A stretch of 64,000 nucleotides of DNA from an uncultured Cyclobacteriaceae bacterium (lineage in GTDB: Bacteria > Bacteroidota > Bacteroidia > Cytophagales > Cyclobacteriaceae). Below, one piece after another: positions 29,746 through 38,176 of this stretch; position 1 is the stretch's first letter, and the number at the start of each line of letters is the position of its first letter. The notes beneath the pieces are model-generated. The model was not told the origin of the DNA and did no database searches. It saw only the letters and a list, made by a program, of their open reading frames with translations. The DNA lies in NCBI GenBank assembly GCA_937958005.1, contig CALGOB010000159.1, positions 13,488 to 77,487 of the forward strand, read 5' to 3'. Both the position numbers and the translations under genes were made by a program.

Positions 29746-30348
29746 ATGAAAATTGATTTCGAAAAAGGAGATGGGTTAGTCCCTGTAATTGTTCAAGATA
29801 TAGCAAGTAAAACTGTTTTAATGTTGGGTTACATGAATCAAGAGGCGATTGATAAGACAGTTTCATCTGGTAAAGTAACGTTCTTCAGTAGAAGTAAAAA
29901 TAGACTGTGGACAAAGGGAGAAACCTCAGGCAATTTTCTTGAGTATATCAGCATGGAGGAGGATTGTGATCATGATACAATTTTGGTGAAAGTAAACCCA
30001 ATTGGCCCTGTATGCCATACAGGTTCTACAACTTGTTTTAATGATGACCAATTAGCCAACAACAAGCTTGGTTTTATTGCGACTTTGGAAGGAATAATCA
30101 AGAATAGGAGAGAAAACCAGACTGATCAATCATATACATCATCGCTATTTAAGAAAGGAATTAACAAAATAGCCCAAAAAGTGGGAGAAGAGGCGGTAGA
30201 GGTAGTGATAGAAGCCAAAGATGACAATGAAGAATTGTTTTTAAATGAGTCAGCGGACCTGTTATTTCATTATTTAATCTTACTTCAAGCTAAAGGATTT
30301 ACAATTGATGATGTATTAGGTGTTTTAGAAGAAAGGCACAAAAAGTAA
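29746..30348 (+). CDS. hisI: Bifunctional phosphoribosyl-AMP cyclohydrolase / phosphoribosyl-ATP pyrophosphatase
   Basis: The N-half has the CDHDT..CHTG Zn motif (HisI). The C-half has AQKVGEEA.E..IEA..D (HisE). Confidence 0.9.
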   Translation: MKIDFEKGDGLVPVIVQDIASKTVLMLGYMNQEAIDKTVSSGKVTFFSRSKNRLWTKGETSGNFLEYISMEEDCDHDTILVKVNPIGPVCHTGSTTCFNDDQLANNKLGFIATLEGIIKNRRENQTDQSYTSSLFKKGINKIAQKVGEEAVEVVIEAKDDNEELFLNESADLLFHYLILLQAKGFTIDDVLGVLEERHKK

Positions 30349-30432
30349 TTTTGAGTGATCAAGTTTATTTAATTCAATGCGAAAACCAACAAAATTGATT
30401 AGATTGGCCTAATTGAATAACACACTCAAGAC

Positions 30433-31920
30433 ATGGAAAAATACGATATTTGTGTGATAGGGGCTGGCCCTTCTGGATATGCTGCAGCTATGAGAGCAGT
30501 TGATTTTAAGAAGAAGGTGCTTCTTATAGAAAAGAAACAATTAGGAGGTGCGGGTATTCATCATGGAGCATTATCTAGTAAAACATGGTGGGAGATATCC
30601 CGCGAAGCATGGTTGATGAGAAAAAATGGTAGAGCATTTAATACATCGATTAATTTAAATTTTAATTTTCAAGAGATTAAATCTGAAGTTAGAAAGGCAG
30701 TAAATGAACGTATGGGGCTGTTAGAGCATCATTTGCATAACATTAACCTGAGTAAAAACGAAGAATTACTTTTTTATAAGCAAGGAAGTGCTCGCGTAGT
30801 TGGTAAAAATGAAGTTGAAGTAAATACCTTAGAAGGAACAGAGACTGTTAATGCTGACTTTATCATCCTTGCAACAGGTAGTAGACCTAGGATACTCCCC
30901 AATATACCAGTAGATGAGAAGATCATCTTAACAAGTGATGGAATAGATAAATTAGAAGAGTTTCCTAATAGTATGGTGATTTTAGGAGCTGGTGTGATTG
31001 GTTGCGAATTTGCTACTATCTTTTCAAATTTTGGTCAAACTAAAGTACATTTAATTGATAAAGGCGATCGTATTTTACCGTTTGAAGATGAAGATGTAGT
31101 AAATGAAGTTGAAAAGAATTTAGAAGAAAAAAATGTCCTGATTCATCGAAATTCCAAACTCATCAACATGCGCATTGAAAACGGTTTGGTAGCCTATACC
31201 TTAGAATACACGGATGGATATCAAGAGGTTTTCAGAGTCGAAAAGGCATTGGTCTCTGTTGGGAGAATTCCTAACTATGAAAACTTGTTTGATGAGAATG
31301 TTGGAATTGATATTAATAATAGAGGGATCAAAGATAATCTGACACAAACAAGTGTGCCTAATATTTATGCTGTCGGTGATATTACAGCCGATATTTCTTT
31401 GGTCAATGTTGGAGAATTGGAAGGTCGCTATGCGGTAGAGCGAATGTTTGGTATGCCTCCTACTAGGCCATTAGTATATGAAAATATCTCAACTATTATG
31501 TTTTTAACTCCGGAAGTTGCTGGAGTAGGGCTTAATGAAATAGCTGCTCAGAATAAAGGGATGAATTACAAGATAGCTAGTTTGGACTATGCTTGCATTT
31601 CTAGGGCGACTGCCATGAGAAATTCCGAAGGATTTATAAAAATCCTAGTAACTGATGACGATGAAATGAAAATTCTAGGCATGCGCGTAATTGGTGAACA
31701 TGCTTCTAGTGCTATAGAGGCAGTTGCCTTATTGATCTCAATGGATAAAGGAATTAGAGAAATATCAGAATTAATACACCCTCATCCTTCTATTACAGAA
31801 GGCATTCAAGAATGTGTAAGAATGTTATTGAATAATTCCGTTTTAAAGCCAGCTGTTTTAAGGGATAAAATGCAATGCAAAGCTTATAGGAACGGCAAAT
31901 ACAGTGAAGTAGATTTTTAG
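30433..31920 (+). CDS. FAD/NAD(P)-dependent pyridine-nucleotide-disulfide-oxidoreductase-family protein lacking the redox-active Cys pair
   Basis: GAGPSGY FAD fold, second Rossmann GAGVIGCEF and C-terminal HPHPSITE. The usual GG.C....C.PSK site reads GGAGIHHGALSSK. Confidence 0.85.
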   Translation: MEKYDICVIGAGPSGYAAAMRAVDFKKKVLLIEKKQLGGAGIHHGALSSKTWWEISREAWLMRKNGRAFNTSINLNFNFQEIKSEVRKAVNERMGLLEHHLHNINLSKNEELLFYKQGSARVVGKNEVEVNTLEGTETVNADFIILATGSRPRILPNIPVDEKIILTSDGIDKLEEFPNSMVILGAGVIGCEFATIFSNFGQTKVHLIDKGDRILPFEDEDVVNEVEKNLEEKNVLIHRNSKLINMRIENGLVAYTLEYTDGYQEVFRVEKALVSVGRIPNYENLFDENVGIDINNRGIKDNLTQTSVPNIYAVGDITADISLVNVGELEGRYAVERMFGMPPTRPLVYENISTIMFLTPEVAGVGLNEIAAQNKGMNYKIASLDYACISRATAMRNSEGFIKILVTDDDEMKILGMRVIGEHASSAIEAVALLISMDKGIREISELIHPHPSITEGIQECVRMLLNNSVLKPAVLRDKMQCKAYRNGKYSEVDF

Positions 31921-31944
31921 AATAAATTAACCTTGAGAATATTT

Positions 31945-31976
31945 AACAGCTAACATTTATTTTAGCTGTTTTTTTG
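31945..31976 (+). terminator. Rho-independent terminator
   Basis: AACAGCTAA-catttatt-TTAGCTGTT + TTTTTT, 25 nt after the stop at 31920. Confidence 0.75.
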
Positions 31977-32777
31977 TGCCCTTCGGGTTTGAGTAAAAAG
32001 AAAACCCTTGAATATATTCAAGGGCTTAACCAGCTATGGAACACAATCTACTGTAATTTTTATAGATAATTATCTACTTTTATTACAAGGCAAATATTCA
32101 AAAGATTAAAGTTTTTTTACTGTCAAAGAACTTGACAATACTGCCAAAGACCGACTAAAATCGTTCTGAATGCTGTTTTTACTGAAAATGATGGATTAAA
32201 CCCTCATTTCAATACTTGGGCAAAGTAACTAAAAAGGAGCTAACTTGTTACTAGCAGTCATGTCAAAGCCCATGAATATAATGGTGAGGTTGTCCCTACC
32301 CGCATTTTGGGTGTGAGGTAAAACCCTAGTGATAGTTCATTAGGACTTAGAAACATTAATTGGTGATCCATTGAATCAATCATTTATCAAAAAATCATTA
32401 AAATCAAAACTGTAGCTTCTATTAGAAAACAAATGCAACATTTAGGTATATCACTCACTGAAATATCTACAACTTGAAATAGAAGTTAAATGGAATTATT
32501 CATGACAAACCATGACCTTGCGTAGTAAGTAATTGATTTGCTTTTATGATGATAAACTCAAGGATTAGCATAGCCCAAATTTGAAGAATGTCAATTTTAC
32601 TCCCCAGAATAGATTACGGTGATGGTCAAAGATTTAGCTTTTCTAATAATTATCTCTCTGGTTCAGCATTCCAAATTATTCAGATTAGATGACTGTATCC
32701 ATGCTATGGGGATCTAAAATAAGTGTTTGTAATTTTGAGCTTTCTAATCTCATAACGATTCCTAATGTGGAATTAAT

Positions 32778-32847
32778 ATCAATTTAGATTTATAAGGGGG
32801 TCTATCTATTAGCAGATTTAGTCTCTAAGAGATATTAATTCTCCTAG
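32778..32847 (+). repeat. Degenerate repeat mosaic: 45-nt block shared with 14638-14690 plus an R1 5'-module variant
   Basis: CAATTTAGATTTATAAGGG..TTAGCA.ATTTA matches 14638-14690. 32823-32847 CTCTAAGAGATATTAATTCTCCTAG compares with R1 CCCTAAGGGATATTAATTCCCCTGG. Confidence 0.6.
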
Positions 32848-32946
32848 TTATCCTGATAGTAGTATGAAAAGTATTTAGAAATGAAAACAGCCTAACAACT
32901 TAATGTCAGACTGCTTTGCTAACCTAAACCTAATCTTTAGTGTTTT

Positions 32947-33040
32947 AATCCCTAAGGGATATTAATTCCCCGACTCTTGAGTCGATCATTAAATTATTGC
33001 CCATAGATACCCCGTACCCTTGGGTCGGGGTTGGTTCATT
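32947..33040 (+). repeat. R1 element copy d (minimal 94-nt form)
   Basis: AATCCCTAAGGGATATTAATTCCCCGACTCTTGAGTCGATCATTAAATTATTGCCCATAGATACCCCGTACCCTTGGGTCGGGGTTGGTTCATT. Confidence 0.95.
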
Positions 33041-33141
33041 AATATTTTAACCTATAAATTTAATGAAGGTCTGTTTGACCTGAAGCTTGCTCGCATGTGT
33101 TTTTTCGATATGATCTTAATAATTTTAACAGATTAAAGTTT

Positions 33142-33366
33142 TTATATTGCACTTAACTCTGCCTCCCATGATTCATCTTTTCTGGCTGAGTTAAGCTCTC
33201 GTATAATCTTATTTGCTAATGACTGATTAGAATCATTAAATTTAAATAATAAAGTGAAAGCATCTCTATTCACACTTTTAGATCTCAACTCTTTATAATG
33301 AGTTCCAGTGCCCCATTCATATTTTCTTAAATCTGGGTTATACCAGATTAATCTTTTGGTCTTCAT
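33142..33366 (-). CDS. Small protein of the LWYN..L.(K/E)Y.(Y/W)G family (74 aa)
   Basis: MKTKRLIWYNPDLRKYEWGT...KIIRELN aligns with the two 65-aa ORFs at 60216 and 60507. Lies 100 nt from R1 copy d. Confidence 0.55.
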   Translation of the reverse strand: MKTKRLIWYNPDLRKYEWGTGTHYKELRSKSVNRDAFTLLFKFNDSNQSLANKIIRELNSARKDESWEAELSAI

Positions 33367-33587
33367 GCTGTTTCAAATTAAAAGCAATAAATCAATAAAT
33401 AACTGACAATGTACTTTACAATACTGCCATTTCGATACATTCCGCTTAGCTGGTAATTCTTTGAAACCTGATAGTAGTTAATTCTAACAACTATCTTTTT
33501 AATTTAAATGAAGTGTTACGTGAATATAGAAAAAAAATCACCACATAAGATAATAAAAATGGAACTAATTTAAAAAATATCGATTTA

Positions 33588-34265
33588 TTAATATATTTTC
33601 ATGATTTCGTCTAAACTTTTCCTATCAAGTTTAGGCACATACGCTTCTTCATCTTGGTAGCCTACTGGCAGCAACAAGAAAGGCCTCTCATTATCTGGCC
33701 GTTCTAAAATTTTAGAAAGAAAATTCATAGGACTTGGAGTATGTGTAACTGTTACCAGACCAGCATTATGAATAGCTGTTAAAAGAAAGCCACAAGCAAT
33801 ACCAACTGATTCATTTACATAATAATTATTTGATTTTTCACCGTCCTTAATCTCATAAGCTTTCTTAAATACGATAATTAAATATGGAGCCTTTTCTAAA
33901 AAAGGTTTATCCCAGTTGGTGGCCATAGGTCTCAGGTCGTTAACCCAGCGATCACTCATGCGGCCATTATAACTATCATATTCTTCTTTTTCAGCGGCTT
34001 TCCTGATTTTTGTTTTAATTTCAGGATTAGAAATTACACAGAAAGTCCAAGGTTGTTTATGTGCACCTGACGGCGCTGTGCTTGCAGATAGAATTATTTT
34101 TTCTATTATTTCTAAAGGTATGGGTCTGTCTGATATATCACGTACTGTCCTTCTTTGATCCATCCATTTATAGAACTCAGTGGATCTTGTTTGCATTTCT
34201 TTGGCCGTATAACTATCTCTTTTGTACTTTATATGGGTAAATCCGTCTATCTCTTTCTCCTCCAT
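33588..34265 (-). CDS. Nitroreductase-superfamily flavoprotein resembling iodotyrosine deiodinase (IYD)
   Basis: RRTVRDIS, TAPSGAHKQPWTF.VI, KIRKAAEKEE..Y and RWV.DL....NW.K..L..AP.LI..FK parallel the IYD sequence as I recall it. ATG at 34265 is preferred to the TTG at 34298. Confidence 0.75.
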   Translation of the reverse strand: MEEKEIDGFTHIKYKRDSYTAKEMQTRSTEFYKWMDQRRTVRDISDRPIPLEIIEKIILSASTAPSGAHKQPWTFCVISNPEIKTKIRKAAEKEEYDSYNGRMSDRWVNDLRPMATNWDKPFLEKAPYLIIVFKKAYEIKDGEKSNNYYVNESVGIACGFLLTAIHNAGLVTVTHTPSPMNFLSKILERPDNERPFLLLPVGYQDEEAYVPKLDRKSLDEIMKIY

Positions 34266-34545
34266 ATTATGGATTATTCTCTTTAATTGAAATAACAAAT
34301 CACTTAATAGTGATAAAACAAAGGTAAGTTAAGATAGTTTTAAAGTTATTACCAATTTGTAACAAGGAAGTCATAACAAAAAGCGTTTTTTTGTCGTTTT
34401 GATAATTGGGAACTTGTCCTAGATAGTGATTTATTATATGATTAATATGAAGATCAAATTTTTGTTTGTTAGATGTTTTTTACTTAATAAAATCAGGTAC
34501 TGAGAAGACTTAAACCTTGCAATTTTCATGAAATAATAGCATGTT

Positions 34546-35007
34546 ATGATAAGAATTTTTAATTTCCTAGTTAGCTTTTTTGTTAAAAGTAAACAGTTTC
34601 CTAAACCATTTTTAGGGATTTCATGGGAAGAATTCGATGTGGAAAGAAAAGAAATTAATCAGTTTATAAAACTGATCAATGATTACAAAATTACATCAGG
34701 TAATGGTTTTACTTTACAGCCTACTTTATTTTTTAGGGTATTGGAGATCAACAAAAAGATAGATTCTATTTTAGATACTTTAGAAAATACCTCATCAGCA
34801 ATTGAACCATTAAAAAAAATGAGAACTTCCTGTCAACGGTTTATGAATGAGCTTCTTCCCATGGATATTACTAATAATCAACATCAAGAAGTATCTAGAA
34901 ATTTTGTCAATACGATCAAAATTCAATGTGCCGTTTTAATTGATTGTTTTTGGATTGAACTGGATGAAAACTTTGAGGAGTTAGAGATAAATACATCTTT
35001 AATTTAA
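34546..35007 (+). CDS. Hypothetical protein (153 aa)
   Basis: ATG ORF. No family recognised. Confidence 0.5.
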   Translation: MIRIFNFLVSFFVKSKQFPKPFLGISWEEFDVERKEINQFIKLINDYKITSGNGFTLQPTLFFRVLEINKKIDSILDTLENTSSAIEPLKKMRTSCQRFMNELLPMDITNNQHQEVSRNFVNTIKIQCAVLIDCFWIELDENFEELEINTSLI

Positions 35008-35206
35008 ATTTACTTATTGAAGTTGCTTAATAATATATATTGCAACGAACGGTCTATTCGCTATTTCCAGTATTATTTTGTCGTTTAATTTTTATTTCCT
35101 GTAGATTGTTTTAAAACTCCCAACTATTTATTCTCTAATCTTGCAAAGATCATGTTGAAGTCTCCTTAAATGATTATTTTAGTTTTTCAATAAACAAAAA
35201 TAGCAG

Positions 35207-36856
35207 ATGTTAATAAGGTGTTTTGTCTGGATAGTTATGATCGTTTTTCTTTTTGCTTGTAATCAACGAGAAAAAAAGAAAGTTGCAAACATGCCAATAG
35301 TAAATATCAGAACTATTGAAAATAGCTTGAAAGAACTTGCCTCTGATAAATTTATGGGTAGAAAACCATTTACAAAAGGGGAAGATGTTACTGTCAATTT
35401 TTTAGTGGATCAACTTAAAAGCTATGGCCTAGAACCTGGGAATGAAAATAGCTTCATCCAGCAAGTAAATCTAGTAGAACTAAATGCATCTCCTGACGAT
35501 GTATTAAGGTTGAAAACCCCACAAGGTGAAATGTCTTTTAAAAGTGGGGCTGACTTTGTTGTTTATTCGGAAAGAGTAGAAGAACAAGTAAGTCTTGAGG
35601 ACTCTGAATTAGTTTTTGCAGGATTTGGTGTGGTAGCACCTGAATATAATTGGAATGATTATAAAGACTTGGACGTGAAGGGTAAGACTGTAATAGTTTT
35701 AGTAAATGATCCTGGTTTTGGAACTGGAGATGACTCGTTTTTCAAAGGAGATATTATGACTTATTATGGCCGTTGGACTTATAAATATGAGGAGGCTATG
35801 CGTCAAGGAGCTGCAGGGGTTTTGATCGTTCATGAAACAGTTCCTGCTGGTTATGGGTGGGCTGTAGTGAAAAACTCATGGAGTGGCGCTAGACTATATT
35901 TAGATGAGAAAGAGAATGCCACCAGTGAAAAACCTAGTATTCAAGGATGGATCAGCCGGGATGCTGCTATAAAAATATTTAAATCATCTGGGGTAGACTT
36001 AAGTAATTTCCATGAAAAATCACGAGCGAAGAATTTCCGTGCAGTGAGCTTAAACTCTACTTTGTCAATTGGTCTTACTAATGATATTACCAAAGACGTA
36101 TCTAAAAATGTAGTTGCTATGATCTCAGGAGCTAAAAAAGAAGAAGAATATGTAATTTACTCTGCACACTGGGACCATCTGGGAGTAGGTATTCCTGTGA
36201 ATGGAGATAGTATTTATAATGGTGCTCATGATAATGCTTCAGGTGCTGCTACCCTTTTGGGGATTGCTGAAGCTTTCTCAAAATCAGAAAAACCAGATAG
36301 GAGCGTTGTCTTCTTATTTGTTACGGGTGAAGAACAAGGTTTGTTAGGCTCTGCGTTTTACGCTGAAAACCCAATTTTTCCACCACAGGAAACGATTGCC
36401 AATGTGAATATGGATGGTGTTACTTTTTATGGTAAAATGAAAGATTTAACGGTTATAGGGCACGGTCAGTCCGAACTTGATGATTTGGCTGAAAAAATAG
36501 CAAAGAAACAAGGCAGGTATATCATGCCAGACCCAGACCCTGGGAAAGGGTATTTTTTTAGGTCTGATCATTTTAGCTTTGCCAAAATAGGCATTCCAGC
36601 CATATTTGCTTCAGGCTCCTATGAATCCATGGATAAAGGAGTACAATATGTAGATAGAATGACTAAAGAATTTTTAGCTACAAGCTATCATAAACCAGCA
36701 GATGAATTTAAAGATTCCTGGAATTTTGAAGGGATGGAACAGGATGGCCAACTATTCTTAGAAATGGGTTTGGAATTATCTAAAGAAGGAGTAAATATTT
36801 CTTGGAAAGAAGGTTCTGAGTTTAAACCTATAAGAGATAAAAGTATGAGAGATTAG
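35207..36856 (+). CDS. M28-family aminopeptidase with PA domain
   Basis: HWDHLG, HDNASGAA, GEEQGLLGS and SDH motifs, with a signal peptide/lipobox (LFAC). Confidence 0.85.
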   Translation: MLIRCFVWIVMIVFLFACNQREKKKVANMPIVNIRTIENSLKELASDKFMGRKPFTKGEDVTVNFLVDQLKSYGLEPGNENSFIQQVNLVELNASPDDVLRLKTPQGEMSFKSGADFVVYSERVEEQVSLEDSELVFAGFGVVAPEYNWNDYKDLDVKGKTVIVLVNDPGFGTGDDSFFKGDIMTYYGRWTYKYEEAMRQGAAGVLIVHETVPAGYGWAVVKNSWSGARLYLDEKENATSEKPSIQGWISRDAAIKIFKSSGVDLSNFHEKSRAKNFRAVSLNSTLSIGLTNDITKDVSKNVVAMISGAKKEEEYVIYSAHWDHLGVGIPVNGDSIYNGAHDNASGAATLLGIAEAFSKSEKPDRSVVFLFVTGEEQGLLGSAFYAENPIFPPQETIANVNMDGVTFYGKMKDLTVIGHGQSELDDLAEKIAKKQGRYIMPDPDPGKGYFFRSDHFSFAKIGIPAIFASGSYESMDKGVQYVDRMTKEFLATSYHKPADEFKDSWNFEGMEQDGQLFLEMGLELSKEGVNISWKEGSEFKPIRDKSMRD

Positions 36857-36936
36857 AGATGCACTAAGATTAGGGCTTTTAAATGGAAGAAATTATTAAT
36901 TCAGTTCTGGTTATCATGTGATAAAGTGCTATAGAT

Positions 36937-37120
36937 TTAACCCAAATGATGCATTAGACTTTTAAGAGAAAATAATAAATGGCTGTTAGATAGCTGCTTA
37001 AATTCTGATTTGCAACGCAGACATAGTCTCCATTATGGTGAGTAGGAAATTATGATTTAAGTGACTGAATGACTCTTAGTTATAGTTTGCATCAAACTTC
37101 TATTGCATCATTCGGGTTAA
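36937..37120 (-). mobile_element. R2: 184-bp MITE-like element with ~18-bp terminal inverted repeats
   Basis: TTAACCCAAATGATGCA (36937-36953) is inverted against TGCATCATTCGGGTTAA (37104-37120). The interior is near-identical (reverse complement) to 49446-49630. No ORF. Confidence 0.75.
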
Positions 37121-37219
37121 AAGTAAAAACTTCTAGATTTTAAAGATAAATAAGCCTTTGGCCTGTCATTAACAATTGGGATTAATGATGAGATGAAACC
37201 TTTGTGTGAAAAGCAGAGA

Positions 37220-37726
37220 TCAATTTAACTTGCCTCTTTTTCCAAGTTCTATGACTTCCATGTTTTGTAATTTGCCGTTTAGAATATCAAAACGAAGTAA
37301 GGTACGCACACTATGAAAGCCATGCTTACCGGCAGCACCAGGGTTGAGATATATAAGCCCAGGCCTTTTAGGGTCTGCTATCACACGTAGAATATGAGAA
37401 TGACCACATATAAATACATTAGGCTTTTTCTCTTCAATTAATCTTCTGACTCTTGGATTATAAGTAGGGGGTTTTCCTCCTATGTGCGTCATGTAGAATT
37501 GGAGGCCATCTCTTTCAAAAAATAAATCCTCTTGGGTGGCAATTCTCAGTTTTGTATCATCAATGTTTCCATATACACAAAGGGTTGGTTTAAATTTTTC
37601 CAATTGTTCAAGCACATTAATCTCACCTACATCTCCAGCATGCCAAACTTCATCACAATTTTCAAAATATTGAAAGACATTTGGGTCTAAATAGCTATGC
37701 GTATCCGAAATAAGGCCAATTTTCAT
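37220..37726 (-). CDS. Metallophosphoesterase (YfcE/MJ0936-like)
   Basis: ISDTH, GDV, GNID and GHSH motifs, 168 aa. Confidence 0.85.
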   Translation of the reverse strand: MKIGLISDTHSYLDPNVFQYFENCDEVWHAGDVGEINVLEQLEKFKPTLCVYGNIDDTKLRIATQEDLFFERDGLQFYMTHIGGKPPTYNPRVRRLIEEKKPNVFICGHSHILRVIADPKRPGLIYLNPGAAGKHGFHSVRTLLRFDILNGKLQNMEVIELGKRGKLN

Positions 37727-38176
37727 TTTTAAAATAATGTTTTATCAATGCCCGTAATTAGTGTTACTACTGAGGTTAAGTGTTCTAGGCAGGTGGACAT
37801 TCCCATTGCAATAAGAAACAATCCCTCCCCTTGCTTCATACCAAACATGGTTGCAACACTAATCATAATCTTATGGATTTAAAAGAGAGTTTGAAAAGAA
37901 AATTTTGGTTTAGAAACTATTATTGACCATTTAAAACCACTTTATAGGTGATTGGGAGTTTGATAGGAATCCTAAAAAAAACAACAGTTGGTTTACTTTG
38001 TGTTTTAATAATAGCAAGATTAAATTGAATTATTTAAATAAAGTATGCACAGTGTTACATGATTTCAATCTTTTTTAGTCGCTACATTACAAAAAAATAA
38101 CCTTGATTTTTTCTTTTGAATCACTTTTTGCCAGTCTTTAGCGACAATTAAACTTTTACATTAAACTTAATTATCA

